Below, one piece after another: positions 1 through 8,739 of a stretch of 64,000 bases of DNA (position 1 is its first letter; each line of letters begins with the position of its first letter). The translations under genes and the position numbers were made by a program. The stretch covers positions 39,707 through 103,706 of the forward strand of contig JAAYVF010000093.1 in assembly GCA_012517325.1 (NCBI GenBank). Reading direction: 5' to 3'. The notes beneath the pieces are model-generated. The model did no database searches. It was not told where the DNA came from and was given only the letters and a program-made list of their open reading frames with translations. This DNA is from Myxococcales bacterium. GTDB taxonomy: Bacteria; Lernaellota; Lernaellaia; Lernaellales; Lernaellaceae.

Positions 1-1281
1 GACGCTGGCCACGACCTCGGGCACGAATTGCTTGGCGCGCCTGATGAATTCCACCACGGCGGAAAAAGTCCGTTCGCCGAAGGCCGGCCGGCAAAGCTCC
101 CGGTAGGCTGCGGCGTCGGGCGCGTTCAGACTGACGCTGACTGCGTCGATCGCCCCTTTCATTTCCGGCGCGACCGCGCGCTTGTTGATCAGGTCGGCGT
201 GGCCGTTGGTGTTCAGGCGGATGCGTCGGGCGCCCCGGCTTTTCAGCGCCTTGGCGATTTGAATCAAGTCGTTCCAGCGTAGGGTCGGTTCGCCGAAACC
301 GCAAAAAACGATTTCCGGGTACTTGGCCGGCTCGCGGATCGCGTCGAGGACCTCGGCGACCGTCGGTTCCTCGCGCCGTTCCAGCGCCAGATAGTGCCCG
401 TCCAGAGTAAACGCGGGGAATTTCGCGCAAAACGAGCAGCGGTTGGTGCAGCGGCTGGTCAGGTTGAGGTACAACGCTCCCTTGTACTCGTAAGCGATTT
501 CCGGCCGGCGGCCCTGGTTTTCGAATTTGAAAAGCTGATAGGCGTTCAGCGTCGTCTGCCGGATCACCTCGTCGACCGGTTCTTGCCGGATGGCAGCGAC
601 CTGGTCGGCCACCAGGCGCACGTACGCCGGTTCGTTGCGCTCGCGCCGATGGGGCACGGGCGTCAGGAACGGGGAGTCGGTTTCCAGCATGAGCCGTTCG
701 AACGGCATTTCCCGGATGATCCGGTGCGCCTTCGATTTGTTTTCGTAGGTGATGCTGCCGGTGAAACTCAGGTGAAAACCGAGCGCCAGCACTTCCTCGG
801 CCATTTTCTCGTCGCCGGCGAAGCAGTGGAAGACCCCGCGATAGGAGCCTCCTTCGGCACGCAGAATCGCCAGCGTGGCCTCGTGCGCCTCGCGATCGTG
901 GATGATGATCGGCAGGTCGAGTTCGCGTGCCAGTCGCACCTGAGCGGCAAAAGCGGCCAGTTGCGCCTCGCGCGGGCTATAGTTTTTAAAGAAGTCGAGG
1001 CCGATTTCACCGTAGGCGACGATTTTCGGCCGGCCGGCCATTGCCTTCAGCTCGGCGTAAACCGCGGCGTCGGCCGTTTGCGAGTCGTGCGGATGGATGC
1101 CGAAAGCCCCGTAAACGTTGGGGTAGGTTTGGACGATCGCCAGCGTCTTGCGGGCGTCGGGCAGATTGGTGCCGATGGTGAGCAGCCGCCGGACGTCGTT
1201 TTGTTCGGCTCGCCGCACCACCGCGTCGCGATCGGCGTCGTACGAGTTCCATTCCAGGTGACAATGAGTGTCGATCAGCAA
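1..1281 (-). CDS. TatD-family metal-dependent hydrolase domain fused in one frame to a C-terminal radical SAM domain (TatD-associated rSAM type); 3' end runs off the window
   Basis: Minus-strand translation verified codon by codon: it starts at a TTG 5 nt after AAGGAGG and reads MLIDTHCHLEWNSYD...GIHPHDS...IIIHDREAHEAT...FHCFAG...LETDSPFL (TatD signature), then continues without a stop into ...NLTSRCTNRCSFCAK (CxxxCxxC radical SAM cluster motif) ...FCGFGEPTL...NTNGH. Not in the ORF track because it is open at the window edge. Confidence 0.85.
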   Translation of the reverse strand, partial: MLIDTHCHLEWNSYDADRDAVVRRAEQNDVRRLLTIGTNLPDARKTLAIVQTYPNVYGAFGIHPHDSQTADAAVYAELKAMAGRPKIVAYGEIGLDFFKNYSPREAQLAAFAAQVRLARELDLPIIIHDREAHEATLAILRAEGGSYRGVFHCFAGDEKMAEEVLALGFHLSFTGSITYENKSKAHRIIREMPFERLMLETDSPFLTPVPHRRERNEPAYVRLVADQVAAIRQEPVDEVIRQTTLNAYQLFKFENQGRRPEIAYEYKGALYLNLTSRCTNRCSFCAKFPAFTLDGHYLALERREEPTVAEVLDAIREPAKYPEIVFCGFGEPTLRWNDLIQIAKALKSRGARRIRLNTNGHADLINKRAVAPEMKGAIDAVSVSLNAPDAAAYRELCRPAFGERTFSAVVEFIRRAKQFVPEVVASV

Positions 1282-1400
1282 AGCGGCCTCCTTTTTCGCG
1301 GCCCATACTATGCAAGCGCTCCCGAATCTTGTCCAGATCTTGCTATTTGCCCGCCGAGACCCTACCATCGAACGCATTCCACCGGTAAAGGAAGGCAGGC

Positions 1401-2816
1401 ATGAAGCCGCGAATTCTGGTCGTCGACGACGAATCCTCCATGCGCGAATTCCTGGAGATTTTTCTGACGCGCGAAGGCTATGAGGTCACCACGGCGCCGG
1501 GCGGCAAGGCGGCGATGGAACTGCTCGACAGCCAGCCGTTCGACCTGGTGATCACCGACATTAAAATGCCCAACGTCAGCGGCATGCAAGTGTTGCTCAA
1601 GGCCAAGGCCGTCGATCCGAACCTGCCGGTGCTGATGATCACCGCCTTCGCCAGCCACGACACCGCGGTCGAGGCGATGAAGAACGGGGCTTTCGATTAC
1701 ATCGTCAAGCCGTTCAAAGTCGACGAAATCCGCCTGCTGGTATTTAACGCGCTCGAACGGCGCGATTTGTCGCGTGAAAACATCGCCCTCAAGCAACAGC
1801 TCGGCCAGCGCTACGGCTTCGACAATCTCATCGGCAGCGATCCGCGGATGCTGGAAACCTACGACCTGATCAAGCGGGTGGCCGATACGCCGACCAACAT
1901 CCTCATCACCGGCGAAACCGGCACCGGCAAGGAACTGGTGGCGCGGGCGATCCACGCCAACGGCTCGCGCGCCAAAAAGGCGTTCGTGGTGATCAATTGC
2001 GGCGCGATTCCGGCGGAATTGTTGGAAAGCGAGTTGTTCGGCCACAAAAAGGGCAGTTTTACCGGCGCGTACGCCGATAAACACGGCCTGCTGGAAATCG
2101 CGGACGGCGGTACGATTTTTTTGGACGAAGTGGGCGAACTGCCGACGCCCTTGCAAGTGAAATTGCTCCGCGCCTTGCAGGAGCGGCGGATCATGCCCGT
2201 CGGCGCGGTGCGCGATGTGCCGATCGATGTGCGAGTGATCAGCGCCACCAACCGCGACTTGGAAAAAGCCGTGCAGGACGGCCGCTTCCGCGACGATTTG
2301 TACTACCGGCTCAACGTGATCCAGATCCGCATGCCGGCCCTGCGCGAACGGCGGGTCGACATCCCGATCCTGGCCGAATTCTTCCTCGAAAAATACAACC
2401 GCCTGCTGAAGAAGAACATTTTGAAAATCGCCGAAGAAACGATGGCTTGCCTGCAAAAATACCGCTATCCGGGCAATGTCCGCGAATTGGAAAACATCAT
2501 CGAACGCGCCGTCGCCCTGGAACGGGAAAACGTCATCATGAAGGATTCGCTGCCGCCACATCTGTTGGCGGCGGAACTGGCGAACGTGGAAACGACGCCG
2601 GTAGCCCAGGTGACGGCAAGCGGCCTCGATTTGGACCGGCTGTTGGATGAAACCGAACGGGATCTGCTCAAACAGGCCCTGCAACTCAGCCACGGCAGCA
2701 AAAAAGGCGCGGCCAAGCTGCTGCACATTTCCTTCCGCTCCTTGCGATACCGCTTAGCAAAACATAACTTCGATGTGGCGGATGACGATGAGACCGATTC
2801 GATTGGCGACGAGTGA
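1401..2816 (+). CDS. pilR: Sigma-54-dependent two-component response regulator, NtrC family (PilR-like)
   Basis: Receiver domain (LVVDDE...DLVITDIKMP), AAA+ sigma-54 activator motifs (GETGTGKELVARAIH, ESELFGH, GAFTGA-like) and a C-terminal HTH. It sits immediately upstream of a pilin gene that has a sigma-54 promoter. Confidence 0.85.
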   Translation: MKPRILVVDDESSMREFLEIFLTREGYEVTTAPGGKAAMELLDSQPFDLVITDIKMPNVSGMQVLLKAKAVDPNLPVLMITAFASHDTAVEAMKNGAFDYIVKPFKVDEIRLLVFNALERRDLSRENIALKQQLGQRYGFDNLIGSDPRMLETYDLIKRVADTPTNILITGETGTGKELVARAIHANGSRAKKAFVVINCGAIPAELLESELFGHKKGSFTGAYADKHGLLEIADGGTIFLDEVGELPTPLQVKLLRALQERRIMPVGAVRDVPIDVRVISATNRDLEKAVQDGRFRDDLYYRLNVIQIRMPALRERRVDIPILAEFFLEKYNRLLKKNILKIAEETMACLQKYRYPGNVRELENIIERAVALERENVIMKDSLPPHLLAAELANVETTPVAQVTASGLDLDRLLDETERDLLKQALQLSHGSKKGAAKLLHISFRSLRYRLAKHNFDVADDDETDSIGDE

Positions 2817-2868
2817 CAATTTTTGTCTCACCCTCCCCGCAAGTGACGATAATAGGCGGAAAACATGA

Positions 2869-2904
2869 GAAATTTTCGATGGACATCAAGGCTATCGAAA
2901 ATTT
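2869..2904. promoter_or_regulatory. Inverted repeat AAAATTTTCGAT-N13-ATCGAAAATTT about 75 bp upstream of the sigma-54 promoter; candidate enhancer (UAS) for the PilR-like activator
   Basis: 11-12-nt arms with one mismatch, read directly from the sequence. The position relative to the -24/-12 element is typical for bEBP binding sites. Confidence 0.45.
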
Positions 2905-2956
2905 ATCTAGCTGATTTTGTTGAATAAAGCAGATATTGGGCTGATGACCCTCCCGT

Positions 2957-2972
2957 GGCACATCTCTTGCTA
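2957..2972 (+). promoter_or_regulatory. Sigma-54 (RpoN) -24/-12 promoter TGGCAC-N5-TTGCT
   Basis: TGGCACatctcTTGCT matches the consensus TGGCAC-N5-TTGCW exactly, with GG/GC spacing of 12. It lies about 60 nt upstream of the pilin ATG. Confidence 0.8.
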
Positions 2973-3035
2973 AACTTATCACCGAACAAACTGGCTTTTT
3001 GATTGCATATTGCATAACCAGCAGGAGGAAAGGTA

Positions 3036-3389
3036 ATGAGACGGAACAAAGGCTTCACCCTGATCGAATTGATGATCGTTATCGCCATCATCGGCATTTT
3101 GGCCCTGATCGCGATCCCGAACTTCGTGCAGCTCCGCGTCCGGGCCTACAATGCGTCGGCTCAGAGTTCGGGCTACAACGCGAAGGTCGCCCAGGAACTG
3201 TATTATCAGAACAGCCACAGCGGTGCGGGCGGCGGCTATGCCGGCGCTTTGTCCGACCTGTTGGTGTGGGATAAAAACCTGACTGACGACCCGGAAGTCA
3301 CCTTCACCTTCACGGCGAACAATCAGTCCGGTTACACCTTCAGCACCAAGCACAATCGTGGTGACACGTGGTATCCGTTCAACGACTGA
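3036..3389 (+). CDS. pilA: Type IV (class III signal) pilin, PilA-like
   Basis: N-terminus MRRNKG/FTLIELMIVIAIIGILALIAIP is the canonical prepilin peptidase site plus hydrophobic alpha1 helix. The mature protein has no cysteine and is rich in Tyr/Phe/Trp. It is downstream of the sigma-54 promoter and followed by a terminator. Confidence 0.9.
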   Translation: MRRNKGFTLIELMIVIAIIGILALIAIPNFVQLRVRAYNASAQSSGYNAKVAQELYYQNSHSGAGGGYAGALSDLLVWDKNLTDDPEVTFTFTANNQSGYTFSTKHNRGDTWYPFND

Positions 3390-3413
3390 TCCAAGTCGAA
3401 TCGGCTATTCAAA

Positions 3414-3442
3414 GGGCTCGGAGAAATCCGGGCCCTTTTTTT
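3414..3442 (+). terminator. Rho-independent terminator after pilA
   Basis: GGGCTCGG-agaaat-CCGGGCCC stem (8 bp, one G-U pair) followed by TTTTTTT. Confidence 0.75.
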
Positions 3443-3576
3443 ATCCGCGCGTTTCCCGCCGAAAGAACGGCTCACTTTTTCCTTGCCCGATTCCAGGGGC
3501 CGCATTACAGTAATTTTCATCAATTATCTGGAAAACGGATGACGGGCGCATTGCGCCTCTTATCGCCTGAGGGGGA

Positions 3577-4680
3577 ATGCCGGTGGGTTTGATGTCTCGT
3601 TTGACCGGGGCCGCCTACCACCGCCGTCCTAATTTCCCCTGGAATATCCTATCCGCTTTATTGATCCCATTCGGGTTGATCTACGGCCTGATCCTGTCGC
3701 TGCGCGCTCGGGCTTATCGCCAAGGCTGGTTTTCCGCCGCTCGTCCGGTCTGCCGGGTGGTCAGCGTCGGCAACCTGACGCTCGGCGGAACCGGTAAGAC
3801 CCCGGTCACCGCCTGGCTGGCCCGCGACTTGAAGGATTCCGGACAGGCGGTGGCGGTGGTCAGCCGTGGTTACCGTGGCAGTCGGGAAGGATGGTGTTGT
3901 GTGGTTTCAGACGGGGCCACCCGTTTGCTGGACGCCGGACAGGCCGGGGATGAGCCGGTGTTATTGGCCGATGCGCTGCCGGGTGTTCCGGTCATCATCA
4001 GCGCGCGCCGATCCATTGGGGTCGAAACGGCCGTGAGCCGGTTTTCCAGCCGGATTGTCATTTGCGACGATGCATTTTCCCATTTGGCTTTGCGGCGCGA
4101 CCTGGATCTGGTTTTGATTCACGGCCGCGATGGGTTGGGCAACGGACGGTGCTTTCCCGCCGGGCCGTTACGCGAACCGGCCGGTGCGATTCGTCGGGCC
4201 GGGGCGGTGCTGCTCAATGTGACCGCCGGCGAGGAACCGGAAGTGGAGCCGGAAATCCGCCGCTCTGGTTTCACCGGGCCGATTTTCCGGTTTCGGTACG
4301 GCCAGGTGCGACTTGCCTCGCTGTCGGACCGCCGTTCCGTCGAGCCGGCGGCGGACAAGCCGCTGCTCGCGTTTGCGGCGATCGCCCGTCCGGAGGACTT
4401 TTTTCAGGGATTGGCTCGCGCTGGTTGGCCGGTGGCGGCGAGCCGGGTTTTCCCGGACCATCATCTTTACACTCCGAGCGACCTGTCGGCATTGATCGCG
4501 CTGGCGAAATCCCAAAACATTTCGCGACTTGCCACCACCGCGAAAGATGCCGTAAAGTTGCCCGCGAAGTTGCCGGCGAACGTCGAGATTCTCGTGGCCG
4601 ACTTCTCGCTGGAGGGGCCGGAAGGCGAGTTGCGGCGATTGTCGGATTTTGTCGCGGCAAGGCTTCGCGAAACGATTTAA
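3577..4680 (+). CDS. lpxK: Tetraacyldisaccharide 4'-kinase (lipid A 4'-kinase)
   Basis: VSVGNLTLGGTGKTPV P-loop at the position typical for LpxK, with an N-terminal membrane helix; about 367 aa. The start could be a few codons downstream (M6). Confidence 0.85.
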   Translation: MPVGLMSRLTGAAYHRRPNFPWNILSALLIPFGLIYGLILSLRARAYRQGWFSAARPVCRVVSVGNLTLGGTGKTPVTAWLARDLKDSGQAVAVVSRGYRGSREGWCCVVSDGATRLLDAGQAGDEPVLLADALPGVPVIISARRSIGVETAVSRFSSRIVICDDAFSHLALRRDLDLVLIHGRDGLGNGRCFPAGPLREPAGAIRRAGAVLLNVTAGEEPEVEPEIRRSGFTGPIFRFRYGQVRLASLSDRRSVEPAADKPLLAFAAIARPEDFFQGLARAGWPVAASRVFPDHHLYTPSDLSALIALAKSQNISRLATTAKDAVKLPAKLPANVEILVADFSLEGPEGELRRLSDFVAARLRETI

Positions 4681-4714
4681 TGGATTCCGGATCAGCCCGA
4701 AGGAGGAGTGCGGC

Positions 4715-5293
4715 ATGCCGCGACCGGCGGTATTCTTGGATCGCGACGGCACCGTGACCGAGGAGGTCGGGTACGTCAACCACGTCGATCGCCTGAGGTT
4801 GCTGCCGTCGAGCGGTCCGGCAATCCGCCGGTTGAATCAACACGCCGTTCCGGCGGTGCTGGTGACTAACCAGGCCGGCGTGGCGCGCGGCTATTTCCCG
4901 ATCCGATTGATCGATCTGGTGCATCAACGGCTGGCGGAATTGCTCGCCGCCGCGGGGGCGCATCTGGACGGCCTCTATTATTCGCCTTTCGTCAAGGGAG
5001 GCGCGGAGCCGCCCTACAACGTGCCGCATCATTGGCGAAAACCCGAAACGGGCATGATCGAGCAGGCGGCGCGCGACCTGGACCTCGATCTGTCCCGTTC
5101 CTTCGCCGTCGGCGATAAAATCACCGATGTCGAAATGATCCAACGTGTCGGCGGCAAAGGGATTTTCGTTTTGACGGGTTACGGCAAGGGCGATTGGGAA
5201 TACCAGCGGCATTTGTGGAAATCCAAGCCCGATTTCGTCGCCGCGGACCTCGCGGAAGCGGTCGACTGGATATTACGGGAGATCGGCGCATGA
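4715..5293 (+). CDS. gmhB: D-glycero-D-manno-heptose 1,7-bisphosphate phosphatase (HAD family)
   Basis: FLDRDGTV (HAD motif I)...VLVTNQAGVARGYF...GDKITDVE. The ATG at 4715 is preceded by AAGGAGG. The track ORF started upstream at 4649. Confidence 0.8.
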   Translation: MPRPAVFLDRDGTVTEEVGYVNHVDRLRLLPSSGPAIRRLNQHAVPAVLVTNQAGVARGYFPIRLIDLVHQRLAELLAAAGAHLDGLYYSPFVKGGAEPPYNVPHHWRKPETGMIEQAARDLDLDLSRSFAVGDKITDVEMIQRVGGKGIFVLTGYGKGDWEYQRHLWKSKPDFVAADLAEAVDWILREIGA

Positions 5294-6297
5294 ACGAGCA
5301 ATTGCTGTCCCTGTTGACGCAATTCCCGGGCCATTCGATCGCCGTCGTCGGCGACCTGGTGGCGGATCTGTTCGTCTACGGCCAGGCGGCGCGCGTCAGC
5401 CGCGAGGCGCCGGTGCTGATCATCGAACACGAACAGGACAAGATCGCCCTGGGCGGCGCGGCCAACACGGCCCACAACATCAAGGCCCTGGGTGGCGAGC
5501 CGATCGTCGTCGGTTTCGCGGGCAACGACCTGTACGGCGACATGATGATCCAGACGATGCGGAACCTCGGCATCGATACCGCGTTCGTCCAGCGCACCGA
5601 CGATCGGCCGACCACCACCAAGGAGCGGATCGTCGCCAGCGGTTTGCACACCACCTACCAGCAGTTGGTGCGGGTCGACCGGGGCCGCCGCGAACCGGTC
5701 GGCGGCGCACTGGAAAAACGGCTGCTCGACGCGGTGGAAGGGGCGGCCGGCAAATCCGACCTGATGGTCGTCAGCGACTACGGGTACGGCGTTTTCTCCG
5801 AGACGATGATCACCCGCATGGCGGCGATCGCCGAAAGCGAATGGTGCAAGGTGATGGTCGACAGCCGGTTTCGCCTGATGGAATTCAAGGGCGCTTACAT
5901 GTTCACGCCCAACGAACCCGAGGCCGGCGCCGCCTGTCACCTCGATATCCGGGACGACCGGGACGTCGTCCAGGCCGCCGAACGGGTGCTGATGGGCGCC
6001 GACGCCCATGCCGTCGCCGTGACGCGCGGCAAAAAGGGGATGTACCTGAAAGAGAAGGGCCGGCCCGGCGAGTTCATCCCGATTTACGGCACGGACCAAA
6101 TCGCCGACGTCACCGGCGCGGGCGATACGGTCATGGCCGCATTCGCCCTGGCCGGCACGGTGCCCGAGTGCCAACTGTCGACCGCCGCCCGGCTGGCGAC
6201 CGTCGCCGCCGGTTTGAAGGTGCTCAAACACGGAACCGCCGTCGTGACGCCGGAGGAAATCCGGGCCGCGCTGGAGATCAATCCGTGGCGCGAGTAG
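5290..6297 (+). CDS. hldA: D-beta-D-heptose 7-phosphate kinase (RfaE domain I, PfkB family), encoded separately
   Basis: PfkB/ribokinase-like motifs (GGAANTAHN, DVTGAGDTV). The ATG overlaps the gmhB stop (ATGA). It lies in the heptose/Kdo operon context. Confidence 0.8.
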   Translation: MNEQLLSLLTQFPGHSIAVVGDLVADLFVYGQAARVSREAPVLIIEHEQDKIALGGAANTAHNIKALGGEPIVVGFAGNDLYGDMMIQTMRNLGIDTAFVQRTDDRPTTTKERIVASGLHTTYQQLVRVDRGRREPVGGALEKRLLDAVEGAAGKSDLMVVSDYGYGVFSETMITRMAAIAESEWCKVMVDSRFRLMEFKGAYMFTPNEPEAGAACHLDIRDDRDVVQAAERVLMGADAHAVAVTRGKKGMYLKEKGRPGEFIPIYGTDQIADVTGAGDTVMAAFALAGTVPECQLSTAARLATVAAGLKVLKHGTAVVTPEEIRAALEINPWRE

Positions 6298-6767
6298 TCG
6301 ATCGCGAGGAATTGGCGGCCCGCGTGGCGGAACTGAAACAAGCGGGCCGATCGATCGTCTTTGCCAACGGCGCGTTCGATCTGTTGCACCTGGGGCACAT
6401 CCGCTATTTGCAGGGCGCGGCCGACGAAGGCGACGTTTTGGTGGTGGCCATCAACTCGGACGGCAGCGTCCGCCAATTGAAGGGCGAGGGCCGGCCGATC
6501 GTGCCGCTGGCCGATCGCGTCGAGATGGTCGCCGCGCTGGAGTGCGTCGATTTCGTCACGACTTTTGAGGAAACCGACGTGGCGAAGCTGCTGCTTTTAC
6601 TGCAGCCCGACGTGCACGCCAAGGGCAGCGACTATACCGTCGATACGGTGCCCGAGGTCGAGACGGTCCGGGCGTACGGCGGCCGGGTCGCCATCGTGGG
6701 CGGTCCCAAGGATCACAACACGACCGACATCATCGCGCGGATCCAACAAGGAAAGGACAAACGATGA
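6285..6767 (+). CDS. hldC: D-beta-D-heptose 1-phosphate adenylyltransferase (RfaE domain II, cytidylyltransferase-like)
   Basis: GTG start 13 nt before the hldA stop, in a different frame. Contains the FANGAFDLLHLGHIRYL (HxGH nucleotidyltransferase) motif; 160 aa. Confidence 0.8.
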   Translation: MARVVDREELAARVAELKQAGRSIVFANGAFDLLHLGHIRYLQGAADEGDVLVVAINSDGSVRQLKGEGRPIVPLADRVEMVAALECVDFVTTFEETDVAKLLLLLQPDVHAKGSDYTVDTVPEVETVRAYGGRVAIVGGPKDHNTTDIIARIQQGKDKR

Positions 6768-7705
6768 AGTGCATCGTCACCGGCGCCGCCGGGTTCATCG
6801 GCTCGCACCTGAGCGAACGTCTGCTGGCGCTGGGCCACGAGGTGGTCGGCATCGATTGCTTCACCGACTACTACGCCCGTTCCTTCAAAGAGGCCAATCT
6901 GGCGCAAGCGCGGCGCCATCCGCGCTACCGTTTCATCGCGGACGACCTCAACCGCCTGGATCTGACGGCGGTGTTGTCGCCGGGCGATTGGATTTTTCAT
7001 CAGGCCGCGCAAGCAGGGGTGCGTGCGAGCTGGGGCGACAGTTTCCGCATTTACACCGAACTGAATATCAATGCCACGCAACGGTTGTTGGAAGCCTGCA
7101 AGGATTTGCGGCCGGCCCGGTTCGTTTACGCCAGTTCGTCCAGCGTCTACGGCAATACCGACAAGTTTCCGGAACACGAGGACGATCATCCGCGGCCGAT
7201 CAGCCCGTACGGCGTGACCAAGCTGGCCGCCGAGCATCTGTGCGTGCTGTACCACAAAGCCTACGGCGTGCCGACCGTTTCCTTGCGCTATTTCACGGTC
7301 TACGGCCCGCGGCAGCGGCCGGACATGGCCTTTCACAAGTGGTGCCGCGCCGCGCTGGCCGACCGGGAACTGCCGGTGTTCGGCGACGGCGAACAGACGC
7401 GCGATTTCACCTTCGTCGACGACATCGTCGACGGCGTGGTGGCCGCGGCGACCGCCGATTGCGAGGGGCAGGTCATGAACCTGGGCGGAGGCCACCGGGT
7501 GACGGTCAATCAGGTCCTGGCGGTCTTGCGCGAAATCAACGGCCGGGACTTGCGCCTGGTCGACCAGGGCAAACAGCGCGGCGACGTCCGGCATACGGCG
7601 GCCGATATCGAACGCGCGCAACGGCTGCTCGGCTATTCCCCCAAGGTTGCGCTGACCGACGGCTTGCGCGCCGAATACGAGTGGCTGCGCGGCTTGAAGG
7701 AGTAA
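6764..7705 (+). CDS. NAD-dependent epimerase/dehydratase (extended SDR); possibly the ADP-heptose 6-epimerase functional equivalent
   Basis: TGAAGFIGSHL Rossmann motif and YGVTK (YxxxK) catalytic motif; ATGA overlap with hldC. The specific substrate is not determinable from sequence alone. Confidence 0.7.
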   Translation: MKCIVTGAAGFIGSHLSERLLALGHEVVGIDCFTDYYARSFKEANLAQARRHPRYRFIADDLNRLDLTAVLSPGDWIFHQAAQAGVRASWGDSFRIYTELNINATQRLLEACKDLRPARFVYASSSSVYGNTDKFPEHEDDHPRPISPYGVTKLAAEHLCVLYHKAYGVPTVSLRYFTVYGPRQRPDMAFHKWCRAALADRELPVFGDGEQTRDFTFVDDIVDGVVAAATADCEGQVMNLGGGHRVTVNQVLAVLREINGRDLRLVDQGKQRGDVRHTAADIERAQRLLGYSPKVALTDGLRAEYEWLRGLKE

Positions 7706-7709
7706 GACG

Positions 7710-7889
7710 ATGGAACTGGACGAGGAATTGTTGCGGCTGTTGCGTTGCCCGGTATCCCGCGAGCCGCTGCGGTTGTCCGACGACGGCCGCTGGCTGATTT
7801 GCGACGCCGCGCGGTTGCGCTACCCGGTGCTGGAAGGCATCCCGCGCCTGACCGCGGAGGCGGCGGAAAAACTGGAGGAAACCTCATGA
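7710..7889 (+). CDS. Trm112/YcaR-like small protein (UPF0434 family)
   Basis: 59 aa, MELDEELLRLLRCPVSREPLRL...LICDAARLRYPVLEGIPRL matches the Trm112-like zinc-ribbon-like fold family. It is below the ORF-track length cutoff. Its stop overlaps the kdsA ATG (ATGA). E. coli has lpxK-ycaR-kdsB synteny. Confidence 0.65.
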   Translation: MELDEELLRLLRCPVSREPLRLSDDGRWLICDAARLRYPVLEGIPRLTAEAAEKLEETS

Positions 7890-8722
7890 ACAGCGTCAAG
7901 GTCGGCAACGTCTTGATCGGCAAGGGCGAGCCCCTGGCGCTCATCGCCGGTCCGTGCGTGCTGGAAAATCTCGACGACGCGCTTCACATCGGCGAGACGC
8001 TCGTCAAGGAAACCGCCAAGCGGGGCCTCGGTTACATTTTCAAGGCCTCGTACGAGAAGGACAATCGCGGCAAGCCGACGGGCTTCGGCGGGCCGGGTCT
8101 GCACGACGGCCTGGAAATGCTGGCTAAAATCAAGGAACGGCTCGGCGCGCCCGTGCTGTCGGACGTGCACCGGGAAACCGACGTCGACGCGGCCGCCGAG
8201 GTGCTCGACGTGCTGCAGATCCCCGCTTACCTGTGCCAGCAAACCAGCCTGGTGGTCAAGGTGGGCGAGGCGGGCAAACCGGTCAACGTGAAAAAAGGGC
8301 AATTCCTCGCGCCGGAAGATATGCGCAGCGCCGTCGAGAAACTACGCTACGTCGGCAACAATCAGATTCTGCTGACCGACCGGGGGTCGTGCTTCGGCTA
8401 TCATCGGCTGGTTTTCGACACCCGTAGCGTGCCGATCATGCAGTCGTTGGGCTTTCCGGTCGTCGTCGATCCGACCCACATCGTGCGCATCTACGGCCGT
8501 TCCAGCGCCGACCCGGAAGGCGGCGAGCCCGAATTCGCCGCCACGCTGGCCCGCGCCGGCGTCGCCGCAGGCGCGAACGCGCTGTTCATCGAAACCCATC
8601 CGGCTCCCTTCACCGCGGCCTGCGACGCGGCCAGCATGATCTGCCTCGGCGACGAGTTGCCCGAGCTGCTCGATCAGGTGACGCCGATCGCCCGCTTTTT
8701 GCGCGAACAGGGATTGGCCTGA
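7886..8722 (+). CDS. kdsA: 2-dehydro-3-deoxyphosphooctonate aldolase (KDO-8-phosphate synthase)
   Basis: MNSVKVGNVLIGKGEPLALIAGPCVLE...IFKASYEKDNR...DVHR...VDPTH are hallmark DAHP/KDO8P synthase motifs. The internal ATG at 7886 gives a 278-aa product; the track ORF began at an upstream TTG. Confidence 0.9.
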   Translation: MNSVKVGNVLIGKGEPLALIAGPCVLENLDDALHIGETLVKETAKRGLGYIFKASYEKDNRGKPTGFGGPGLHDGLEMLAKIKERLGAPVLSDVHRETDVDAAAEVLDVLQIPAYLCQQTSLVVKVGEAGKPVNVKKGQFLAPEDMRSAVEKLRYVGNNQILLTDRGSCFGYHRLVFDTRSVPIMQSLGFPVVVDPTHIVRIYGRSSADPEGGEPEFAATLARAGVAAGANALFIETHPAPFTAACDAASMICLGDELPELLDQVTPIARFLREQGLA

Positions 8723-8739
8723 ACCCAAGGAGAATTCGC

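Noticed and set aside
394-2726. Long ORFs 394..1404 (+) and 1362..2726 (-), antisense to the TatD-rSAM and pilR genes. Similar long antisense ORFs include 11172..12443 (+), 34280..36370 (+), 41183..42202 (+), 9852..10592 (-) and 43026..44027 (+).
   Set aside because: Their composition is Arg/Gly/Val-rich and low-complexity, which is typical of alternate frames in about 65-70% GC DNA. In every case the opposite-strand or other-frame ORF has clear family motifs, signal peptides and an RBS.
5290-6767. hldA/hldC considered as a frameshifted hldE pseudogene.
   Set aside because: The downstream domain has its own GTG start in a 13-nt overlap, a geometry typical of translational coupling. Both domains are intact and full length. 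Separate hldA/hldC genes are known in other bacteria. The pseudogene reading is still listed as something to test.
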